A program made the position numbers and the translations under genes. The notes beneath the pieces are model-generated. The model worked only from the letters and a program-made list of their open reading frames with translations, did no database searches and was not told where the DNA came from. Below, in pieces: positions 9,192 to 18,211 of a stretch of DNA of 64,000 nt. Positions within the stretch are counted from its first letter, which is position 1, and every line of letters begins with the position of its first letter. Origin of the DNA: Euryarchaeota archaeon UBA557. GTDB lineage: Archaea; Thermoplasmatota; Poseidoniia; Poseidoniales; Thalassarchaeaceae. The DNA lies in assembly GCA_002503285.1 (NCBI GenBank), contig DARI01000008.1, positions 1,581-65,580 of the forward strand. Direction: 5' to 3'.

Positions 9192-12100
9192 TTATTTAAT
9201 GTCTAATATTATTTCATTTTCCCTACTTGGTATTTCCTCAAGAGAGTTGATTTCATTTACTACGGAGGTCAGTGCGAGTGTTGCATTACTTCGATGATTT
9301 TCTCCTAAAATATGGCTTGAATATCTGGCTTCTTCGAAAATACGATCTAATGCAATTAGAGATTCTTCGCGTATTTCAGGTAAAGCAGTTCTAATAGCTA
9401 ATTCAAATTCCCTAACAGTTTCAAATCCTCTCCTTAAAAATCCTCTTTGCATTAGTACTTCGCAAAGGTTTTGATAACAGATAAAAATTGAAGAACGTAC
9501 TTCATCGCCTGCTGCTAAGAGTTCTGATGCATAACTAAAAATGTTTGCAATTTCAGATAATTCAGATTTTTTACGCCGTCCATATACTATGAAGGAAGTT
9601 ATGAGTAGAGATAAAATCAACATAGATCCTATTATTAAAATAAACGGGCTCAAAATATTCTCAGAATCTGATTCTTCATAAATAATTTCAATGTCCCCTT
9701 GTAATGCTAAGTTAGATAGGCTGATTGGATCAATAAATATTGAATTAGAACTAATTTGTACATTTAAATCTCCCCAAATTAATTTATCTGATAAGGGTGG
9801 CAAGGGCGAAAGGGCCTTGAATTCAAAGTTAAATCTCCCATTTTCATCAGTTAGTTTTGTAGATGAAAAATGAGTTGTTGAACCATTCAATAATAAAGCA
9901 GACATAGAGACATCAGGTAACATTTCACCCGTATCATTAGCCGTTAGATTAACGGAACCTTGCAAAATTCTCTGACCATTAACTAGGTTGAGGTCGGAGA
10001 AATCAAAGTCTATTTGGACAAGTACCAAGACATCAATTTGTATAGACGCACCATTTAGATATCTATTTCCATCAGATTCAATAATTAAATCAAGAGTGTT
10101 TATCCCAGGTAACATAAACTGTTGTGCGGTAGAAATAATTTGAAAATTTAGCGTTCCAGAGTTGACCCAAGGATCGGATTTAAGTGGTAAATTACTATTG
10201 CCCAAAAATAGATTTATTGATAAATTCTCGAATATACTGAATTGTCCACCTATTTCCCTAGCAAAGCCCTGAATTTTAATAGGCTGGGTACTTGAACTTC
10301 GTACTATAGTATGAGTAATTGGTAATATTTCTATTTGAATATCAGAATTAACAAAAGTTGTAATATTAGTATTTGTTGATAAATATAATAACTCACCAAC
10401 AAATGAAAACTTGAATTCATGCATTCCTCGAGAAATTTGATATCCCAGAGTATGATTATAATTGAATGTCCCATCATCATTTGATATAATGGTGGAAATC
10501 TCAATACCATCCAGAAGTACTAATATATTTCTTTCCTGAAGTCCCATTTGGAATTGAGTATCATCTTCATAAAGTCTGCCTGTGAAGTTCCAGTTGTCCC
10601 CCCTAGTTGCATATTGAGAACCTAATGATAAAGAAATTTTAGTATGATATGCTACGGTAAGGTTGGTCTCAAAAATTCCTTGACGATGATAACCTTGTTC
10701 TGGACTTAATACTATGAATGTATGATTTCCAATCTCTAAAGTTTCAGGAATAATATAGTCATAATACCAATATCCTTCATTATTAGATGTGGTAATACCA
10801 ATTAATACATCATCTACAAATAATTCTAATGTGTGATTAGAGAGAAAGCCATCCTGAAGGTTATCTTTAACCAACCCAGTAATTTCTAGAATGTCCCCTA
10901 CTGCGATAGGTTGTAGTTCATTAACAATTGGATATACTGGGCCATGAACAATAAATACAGTTGATGAATTTGATGGGAGTATGAACTCTTCACCCATGAA
11001 TTCTACGGAAATTATGCGTGGCCCTAATTTCATATTTGGAGAAATGGGGACATATATACTAAAAAATCCTGTCTCATTTACAAACAATTCTGTCAGCAAT
11101 TGTTCGTCAATATATGCATTGAGTGACCTATCAGGAATTGGCCTATTAACTAGATCAGTAAATTGCCCCTCAATCAAGACGAGATCATTGCGATCGACAT
11201 CCGTAATTGACGTTGTAATAATGACCTTTGATACCTGAGATATATTAAAATCAATTGTATCAGATGATGGTAAATAATATTCGGGATTCAAGGAGTCTCC
11301 CTGGCCCATTGGATTGACCCAAGTAAAGCCTCCTAGAAATTTCATTGTAGCCTTATGTAAACCGTAATTAATATCTTCCGGAATATCATATACAATACTC
11401 CATGATCTTGTAGTTCCATTTGATTGAGTTGTATAAAGAGGCCCTACGTCAATATCATTTATGAAAAGATGTATGATTCCTCCAGAAGGAGATTCATCAG
11501 TAAATAGGCTATCCGAATGTTCGTCGGTAAGAATTCCTGAAAATGTAATTTTCTCACCGGCTATAAATTCACCTTCCACCCTCAATACATTCAAGTTAGT
11601 TGGTGCCAAAATAATTATTCTCGTCCATGCTTCATCTCCAAGCAGTCCAATAGTACTATTTATTCCATTAAATGAGACAGTTATTTTCAAAGGACCAACT
11701 TTTGTAAATTGATCTATATTTAAAATAGTAGTTGAAAAACCCTCTAAATCAGTATTAGATGTACTTACCAGTAGTCCTTCAATACTTACATCATAAGGAA
11801 CAGATGGAACTGGGTTACCCGCATTATCAATTATTGATATATTAATAGAAACTGATTCTCCCCTAATTGTCCTGCTATCTGAATCCAAATCTGAAGGATC
11901 TAAAATTGTGAGTAATGAGTATCCTCTGCTACTAAAAATAGAGACATTTTCACTAGATTCATAATAGTTAACATCTGGAGTGTAAATTACTTTTATTTCA
12001 TTAACTCCACGGGAAAATGTCAAATCTAATCTGATAATTCCACTCCAGTTACCATCATCTGAAAATGATAATGAAGAAACAGTAAAAGTATCTAATTCAT

Positions 12101-15100
12101 CATTTATTGAAAATGTTAATGCAGGAGATAATAATGCTCCCTGCCTATTTGTTACCGAGCTTCCATTACTAGAAATTAATGAACCAGTAACGTTAAAGAA
12201 TTCACCAGGCAATGGATTTGCAGTTATTGGATATATTTGAATAGAGGTTGATGATCTGATAGAAATTGTATTAATTATTTCAAATATAGAGTTTAAAGTA
12301 CTTGAACCATTAAAAAATAGAGTTACATTAACAAGACCTAACGGATGATTATTTGGTATTAGGAAATCAAAATTTACATTCCCTTGATTATCAGTGATAT
12401 TATTATCCAACCAAGTTTCATGAAATTTAGCGGCTACTTCGAGGCCGTTTAAATTAATATTATTATCACTAAATTCCACAAGTCTTCCACCTATTGTTAC
12501 AGATGTTCCCCTATCTATAACTGTATTTATTAAAGGAGTAGTTTCTATAAAATTAGGAATTCCCCGAACTAATATACTAGTATCTCCAGTCCCAGATAAA
12601 TAGAATGGGCTGGAATCGTTTACTACACTAATAATTAGAGTTCTGACTCCACTAGTTACGCCGTTACCCAATACATCCGTAGGAACCGAGACGGTAAAAC
12701 TACCATTATTACTAGTGGTGAAATCAGTAATTAAAATTTCATTCGGATCATCTAAAAAGAAAATTTCTATTTCAACTGGGCCCTGTACAGTCCTGTTTGC
12801 ATCAACAGAATCCATCACTCTGCCGGAAACTGTGAAATATTGTAGAGCAGTGACTTCAGCAGGTATTGAATCTATTTCAATTATACTTCCTACTCGGACA
12901 GTTAAGTTGGCATAATCTTCACCTTCGAGCCATCTTCCTGCATTAATATCAGTCAAATTATCGTCTATGTCATCAGGTGCTAAAATTCGTATTTGATAAT
13001 AACCTGGTACTGTATTAACAGGAATTATTGGATCAAATAGTGCATTACCATCGGAATTTGAAATAGTAGAATCAAGTAGTTGTTGAGCGTTGCCTCCCCA
13101 GTCAAAATATAATTCTACAGTAATATCACTTAGTCGTGATGAATCAGCTAAATCACTGATTGATGCATTTAAATTTAGAGTATTCCCCGCGGTGACAATG
13201 GCTACTGAAGAATTTAATTCGACAATGAATTCAGTTTGTATCCCTGCATTTACCAAGACAGGGGACGTGTCTTGGTAAAATATACCTCCAGCTGGAGGAT
13301 TTAGATTAAAATCTAATTCTAAGTATAATTCATAAGCTCCTGAACCAACATCACCAGGCATTATGAAAGATAGATTATATTCACCTGTTTGTGTATCTAT
13401 CCAATCGCTAGATAAGACGTAAATAGTTGGAGGAGAAGGGAAACCATCTGGAGTAGGGGGTAAATCTGTTGGAACATGTAGTGACAAAGTTATGGAAGAG
13501 TTATTTCCAATAATTGGATTATTTGACATTATATCATTAGTAAAACCGGTAACCCAATTCTGAGAAGATGGGTTGCCCCCTTGTGACCATTCAAATCCTA
13601 AATTCGTAGTAACATTACCCCTTCCCTTTATCCTTATTTCATCAATAGAATTATTTGGATTTAACCATTTTGAACCATTATAAAACAATGACCAATTATA
13701 ATCATCCGGAATAGTGGCAAGATCTGGAGTCCAGCCTACTAGTAACTTAGGATTAGTTGGGTCAGTAATATTCCAGACTTCGTCGCCATTAAATTCTAAT
13801 CTATAATTACCTTCAAAGTTTGCAAGTGAAGTGCCCGTATGATCTGTCAATATTACATCTACTTCTGCAGCTATACCTCTCATTTTTGAAGCCAGAGAAT
13901 AATTGAAAAATATATCACTTCTAATTCCATAAATATCGGTAAATATTTCCTGATCATTAGAAGTTAAGAGATCAGCATCAAATCTGATTCTAACTTCGAC
14001 TGGCCCGGCAGGTATTGGAACTTCTGAGGCATTAAATAGCCAATTAATTGAAAAATTACCGGGCCCATCAATCCAAGAAGAATTGTTTAGTTGCCATGAT
14101 TTAATACCGATAAACGGGCCATTGAAATCGGATTTACGCATATCTAAATAAAGAGTTCCATTAAGTGCATCTTGACTTAGGCCCCTACTTAATACTGAGC
14201 CATTTAAAAATATATTTGAGTTAATATCAATAATTGAGTTATTAGAATTTATACTTTCTAAAACTACAGTCATATTCGGAGATGGAGTTACTTCAAACAT
14301 GAATGAATATATATTAGGCATTGCATGATATGTTGGATTAGAGTCATTATTCATATCATCTTGATGCCATCCAGAAAACTCTAATGAAGCATTAATTAGT
14401 CCCAAAGGTTCTTGATCTTGTAATGGAATTATAAATTCAAAATATCCCCCAGGTCCTACGTCACTAATTAATTCCACATTACCATCTAATGAAGTAGAAT
14501 AAATTAATTCTAATTGTAAATTATCAACTGTAGTTGGATCTATTTTAGGATCGTTTTTCCAAGACATCTGACCAGATATGGTCGTATTGACTCCAACACC
14601 TATCATTGGTTGTTCAACAGGGAATGGATCAAGAATAGATAAATTAACATCATCTGTTATGTTAATAGTCCAAGAAAATGAAATTCCTTGGTTTCCAACA
14701 TAATTTTTCTTTGAAGTTTGAATAACTAAAGAAGCGTAGCCAGGACTTAGAATTTCAGCTGGCAATCCAGATAAATTAAAAAATCCGTTTGAATCAGATG
14801 TTGTAGTTGCGACAAGATATTCAAGAATTGCGGCAGATCCGGGTATATCAGATATATCCAGCGGTGAAACCAAGTATAATGAGAGTGTTATATCAGATAC
14901 GGAAGTAGAGTTGCTAACAAATTGCAATGTCCCTTCAACAGAAATATTTTGGCCAAAATTCAAATCCCGTTTAAGGGAATCTGGCGACCATGATTCATCT
15001 AGTACCTCAACTAAGGACATTGGTGGGCATGCTTCAAAGGGTATCCAACCCAAATCTAAGTTTCCTTGATTTTGATTAGTTTGTAGATGTACTTCTGCCC

Positions 15101-18100
15101 ACCATGTAAAATCCCCTCCATAAACGTCATATGATTTACCAGTCCATTCTCCTCCTGAGAATCCCGTAACTTTTCTAGTTGGCATTCCTGCATGACGTAA
15201 CATAACTGTAAACAGAGAGGTAAATTCATCGCAACTTCCTTCAAATGAAGAAGTTAAAATCCAATTTGAAATATCGCTATCCATACCGGTATTATTGGGC
15301 CTAGAAGATCCATCGTGATTACGTAAAAATGTTATAGTTTCATTGCCATTAATTATAAAATCTTGAATAGCAATAATTTTATCCCACGCTGAAACAGCTC
15401 CAGAGGTATTTATTATTTGCTGAGTTATATTATTTACCTCAAGGCCATAGTCATTCAAGTATGATTCTGGTAAGGATGTGGCATAACTACTTCCAGAAAA
15501 AATTGTCGAATTATCCCTTATTTGGGTGCCCAATATTATTTCTGGGGCCGAAACATATAAATTTTCAATATTAGAATTATCAATAATGATGTCACGAGTA
15601 TAATTTGAAAAGTTTAATCCTGCAGAAGCATCGGACCAACTGACAAATTCATATGAATTATATGGAGATATTAATTCAATTCCGGGGGACATAATTCCAT
15701 CTTGATAAACTAATTCCCAGTCAAGAGCAGAAGAAGAGTTCCAAAATGAAGGATCGGCTACGCCTTGACTTATGTTCGAAGAGGGTGTAATAAGAGTATT
15801 TCCGACAAGGCTTGAATTTACCCCCCAAGAAACTCCTGTATAACTATCATATGTGTGCCACCTCCAGTAATGTTTCATACCTGTGTCAAGGCCTGATGAG
15901 AGATTAAATGCTGAAAAGAATAATGAATTATATGAGATGTCATCTGAGGAATTGAAAGGATCCGTAGGTGCATCTACACAATCATTAGTCCAAAAAGATT
16001 CAGGGCACTCTTGGCCATCAGGAACGCCTCCCCCATCCGTATCGGGATCTAGCCAATTTGTCCCTATATCTTGTTCAATAGTATCAGGAATTCCGTCACC
16101 ATCGGTATCTGTTGGATTTATATCATCATTGGGATTATTTTGAGGATTAGTACCGTCGAGATATTCTTGACCATCAGTAACTCCTCCATTGTCGGAATCG
16201 GATTGGTTCCAAAGTGTAATATAACTATCTTGAGTCAAGTTTCCTTGAGTAATCCCAAACGACAAACTGCAGCCAGTATTATTTTCAAAATAATTATTTA
16301 ATCCATCCATATCTGAGTCCAATATATTGTCGCAAGGCTCCAAGGGATCTGTAAAATTTTGAATTTCAGATAAATCATTTACCCCATCCCCATCCGAATC
16401 TGACATATTTATATTTGAAATGTAACCCCAAGTTCCAACTAGTTCTTCCCAATCTGCCAATCCATCTGAATCTAAATCAGAGTAATCGTCATCGCAATGA
16501 GGATCATTAATTGCTCCAACAGTAGCATTCCAACACCATGATCCATTAGTAATAATTATACTTGAAGTTCCTAATGGCACATCTAAATCAATACCTCTGA
16601 GAGTATTACCAAAAATACTGACGAATCTAAATCCCGTTAGGTCGCCTGAAGTATTATTATAATATGCCATTGGATAATCTATTTGCCTCCAGTCAATCGG
16701 ATTTGGATTAATCCCCTCAGTAGAATTAAGAGTTAGTTCTTTAGTAGATATGTCATAATTTAATATTGAAAATTCTAAATTTACATATGACATGCATGGA
16801 TCCGTAGCCCTCATGAAATCAAGTTCTTCTCCATCGGTAGCGCCTCCTCCATCGCTATCAGCTAAATTCCATAATGTACAAGTTAGGTTTTCTTCCCAAT
16901 TTTGCAATCCATCGCCATCGAAATCACCATCATCTTCTATCCGAGTAGGATCTGTTTCTCCGACGTCTATCAGCCCATTTCCATTTAGATCTTCTTCGCC
17001 ATCTTCGAGGTAATCCCCATCAGTATTATTGTCAAGTGGATTAGACCCTTGTTCTGGATCTCCATACTGGCCATTTACTTCAATACCATCATTTATTCCA
17101 TCTCCATCCGTATCTGGTGATGTTGGGTCTGTAAGTAGTGTCAAAGCTTCATATGAATCATTTAATCCATCTAGATCAGTATCATTATTTTGAGGATCAG
17201 TTTGCGTTATTCCATCAACCTCTGCAGTCAGAAATTGACACCCCCCCGGGCCCAGTTCCAGCATCGGATTACAAGGAGATGTTGTAAAAGTCATATTATC
17301 GGGACCTGGTCTAAAATATTGAGTTGGGGGGAATGTAGATCCATTCCTAGTATTCCAAGCAGGGTTTACATATTCATACAAATTAATTAAACCATCATTA
17401 TCTGGATCTCCAAAAGTACCATCCATATTTGAGTTTGAGGTTGGATCTAGGTTGTGTGCAACTTCCCACCCATCGGGCATTCCATCTCCATCCGTATCCC
17501 AGCCATTTCTATCTTCATCTATTAGTCCATCTCCGTCATCGTCATCAGATGAACAATCAGCATCTCCATCCTTATCATTATCAAAAGAGTCGACTAATCC
17601 ATCCTTATCATTATCAAAAGAGTCGGTGCAAATATTCCCCATTGGGTCTTCATCAAACCCATCACTGCCAGACCCTTGTAGAAGTTGCATTGCGCTTTCT
17701 TCATCCCAATTACTAACAGGAACGGTGCCATTCCACCATACGCCATTATCCAATACATTTGGAGTACCTGAAAAATCCCAATTTGAAGGAATAGAATATA
17801 AATACTCATTTAAATTAGTCAAGGAATCTAAATCTGGATCTCCTGTAGAACCATTATTTCCTACTGAAGATAATGGATCAAGACCATATTGCCATTCCCA
17901 GCCATCAGGTAAACCATCATTATCAGTATCAAAATCTTGTGGCTGAGTATTGATAAAAAATTCGATACCATAACTCAACCCATCGCCGTCTTGATCAGTA
18001 GTTGCCATAGCTTCCCATATGCCATATTCCATGGCTAGAAAACTTGAAAAAACCATTATAATACTAAAAAACACTGCCGATTTCTTTTTTCTATTAATTA

Positions 18101-18134
18101 TATTTGCATCAGAATTTAATAAAATCCCATTCAT
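9192..18134 (-). CDS. Giant (2980 aa) membrane-anchored surface protein: TSP3-like Ca-binding repeats, TgpA-type transglutaminase-like domain, many Ig-like repeats, TM helix, DUF4129-like cytoplasmic tail
   Basis: Repeated D.D.DGL.DG.E and DP...DTD motifs; YWRWHTYDSYTGVSW; GSCDEF..F.VMLRHAGMPTRKVTGF; long beta-repeat stalk; TM helix; tail I..CY.NL...ETVREFE...LDRIFEEARYS. Confidence 0.85.
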   Translation of the reverse strand: MNGILLNSDANIINRKKKSAVFFSIIMVFSSFLAMEYGIWEAMATTDQDGDGLSYGIEFFINTQPQDFDTDNDGLPDGWEWQYGLDPLSSVGNNGSTGDPDLDSLTNLNEYLYSIPSNWDFSGTPNVLDNGVWWNGTVPVSNWDEESAMQLLQGSGSDGFDEDPMGNICTDSFDNDKDGLVDSFDNDKDGDADCSSDDDDGDGLIDEDRNGWDTDGDGMPDGWEVAHNLDPTSNSNMDGTFGDPDNDGLINLYEYVNPAWNTRNGSTFPPTQYFRPGPDNMTFTTSPCNPMLELGPGGCQFLTAEVDGITQTDPQNNDTDLDGLNDSYEALTLLTDPTSPDTDGDGINDGIEVNGQYGDPEQGSNPLDNNTDGDYLEDGEEDLNGNGLIDVGETDPTRIEDDGDFDGDGLQNWEENLTCTLWNLADSDGGGATDGEELDFMRATDPCMSYVNLEFSILNYDISTKELTLNSTEGINPNPIDWRQIDYPMAYYNNTSGDLTGFRFVSIFGNTLRGIDLDVPLGTSSIIITNGSWCWNATVGAINDPHCDDDYSDLDSDGLADWEELVGTWGYISNINMSDSDGDGVNDLSEIQNFTDPLEPCDNILDSDMDGLNNYFENNTGCSLSFGITQGNLTQDSYITLWNQSDSDNGGVTDGQEYLDGTNPQNNPNDDINPTDTDGDGIPDTIEQDIGTNWLDPDTDGGGVPDGQECPESFWTNDCVDAPTDPFNSSDDISYNSLFFSAFNLSSGLDTGMKHYWRWHTYDSYTGVSWGVNSSLVGNTLITPSSNISQGVADPSFWNSSSALDWELVYQDGIMSPGIELISPYNSYEFVSWSDASAGLNFSNYTRDIIIDNSNIENLYVSAPEIILGTQIRDNSTIFSGSSYATSLPESYLNDYGLEVNNITQQIINTSGAVSAWDKIIAIQDFIINGNETITFLRNHDGSSRPNNTGMDSDISNWILTSSFEGSCDEFTSLFTVMLRHAGMPTRKVTGFSGGEWTGKSYDVYGGDFTWWAEVHLQTNQNQGNLDLGWIPFEACPPMSLVEVLDESWSPDSLKRDLNFGQNISVEGTLQFVSNSTSVSDITLSLYLVSPLDISDIPGSAAILEYLVATTTSDSNGFFNLSGLPAEILSPGYASLVIQTSKKNYVGNQGISFSWTINITDDVNLSILDPFPVEQPMIGVGVNTTISGQMSWKNDPKIDPTTVDNLQLELIYSTSLDGNVELISDVGPGGYFEFIIPLQDQEPLGLINASLEFSGWHQDDMNNDSNPTYHAMPNIYSFMFEVTPSPNMTVVLESINSNNSIIDINSNIFLNGSVLSRGLSQDALNGTLYLDMRKSDFNGPFIGIKSWQLNNSSWIDGPGNFSINWLFNASEVPIPAGPVEVRIRFDADLLTSNDQEIFTDIYGIRSDIFFNYSLASKMRGIAAEVDVILTDHTGTSLANFEGNYRLEFNGDEVWNITDPTNPKLLVGWTPDLATIPDDYNWSLFYNGSKWLNPNNSIDEIRIKGRGNVTTNLGFEWSQGGNPSSQNWVTGFTNDIMSNNPIIGNNSSITLSLHVPTDLPPTPDGFPSPPTIYVLSSDWIDTQTGEYNLSFIMPGDVGSGAYELYLELDFNLNPPAGGIFYQDTSPVLVNAGIQTEFIVELNSSVAIVTAGNTLNLNASISDLADSSRLSDITVELYFDWGGNAQQLLDSTISNSDGNALFDPIIPVNTVPGYYQIRILAPDDIDDNLTDINAGRWLEGEDYANLTVRVGSIIEIDSIPAEVTALQYFTVSGRVMDSVDANRTVQGPVEIEIFFLDDPNEILITDFTTSNNGSFTVSVPTDVLGNGVTSGVRTLIISVVNDSSPFYLSGTGDTSILVRGIPNFIETTPLINTVIDRGTSVTIGGRLVEFSDNNINLNGLEVAAKFHETWLDNNITDNQGNVNFDFLIPNNHPLGLVNVTLFFNGSSTLNSIFEIINTISIRSSTSIQIYPITANPLPGEFFNVTGSLISSNGSSVTNRQGALLSPALTFSINDELDTFTVSSLSFSDDGNWSGIIRLDLTFSRGVNEIKVIYTPDVNYYESSENVSIFSSRGYSLLTILDPSDLDSDSRTIRGESVSINISIIDNAGNPVPSVPYDVSIEGLLVSTSNTDLEGFSTTILNIDQFTKVGPLKITVSFNGINSTIGLLGDEAWTRIIILAPTNLNVLRVEGEFIAGEKITFSGILTDEHSDSLFTDESPSGGIIHLFINDIDVGPLYTTQSNGTTRSWSIVYDIPEDINYGLHKATMKFLGGFTWVNPMGQGDSLNPEYYLPSSDTIDFNISQVSKVIITTSITDVDRNDLVLIEGQFTDLVNRPIPDRSLNAYIDEQLLTELFVNETGFFSIYVPISPNMKLGPRIISVEFMGEEFILPSNSSTVFIVHGPVYPIVNELQPIAVGDILEITGLVKDNLQDGFLSNHTLELFVDDVLIGITTSNNEGYWYYDYIIPETLEIGNHTFIVLSPEQGYHRQGIFETNLTVAYHTKISLSLGSQYATRGDNWNFTGRLYEDDTQFQMGLQERNILVLLDGIEISTIISNDDGTFNYNHTLGYQISRGMHEFKFSFVGELLYLSTNTNITTFVNSDIQIEILPITHTIVRSSSTQPIKIQGFAREIGGQFSIFENLSINLFLGNSNLPLKSDPWVNSGTLNFQIISTAQQFMLPGINTLDLIIESDGNRYLNGASIQIDVLVLVQIDFDFSDLNLVNGQRILQGSVNLTANDTGEMLPDVSMSALLLNGSTTHFSSTKLTDENGRFNFEFKALSPLPPLSDKLIWGDLNVQISSNSIFIDPISLSNLALQGDIEIIYEESDSENILSPFILIIGSMLILSLLITSFIVYGRRKKSELSEIANIFSYASELLAAGDEVRSSIFICYQNLCEVLMQRGFLRRGFETVREFELAIRTALPEIREESLIALDRIFEEARYSSHILGENHRSNATLALTSVVNEINSLEEIPSRENEIILDIK
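17565..17625. repeat. Perfect 28-nt direct repeat with 33-nt period inside the giant gene (encodes DSFDNDKDG twice)
   Basis: TCCATCCTTATCATTATCAAAAGAGTCG at 17565-17592 and at 17598-17625. Confidence 0.9.
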
Positions 18135-18211
18135 GATGCTATCCTCATTTCTAGGGGGTTATATAATGGTCTTAAGAAGAATGGAGCGTCGTTCGGACAG
18201 TTGGTGATTTT

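Noticed and set aside
15900-18000. Repetitive ccatc/atcatc-rich DNA suggesting a CRISPR or satellite array (also 61040-61410)
   Set aside because: No fixed repeat-spacer period; explained by DxDxDG protein repeats on the minus strand.
9691-18207. Many Ser/Pro-rich plus-strand ORFs inside the giant gene
   Set aside because: Expected antisense products of Asp/Gly-rich codons (GAT/GGA read as ATC/TCC); no independent coding evidence.
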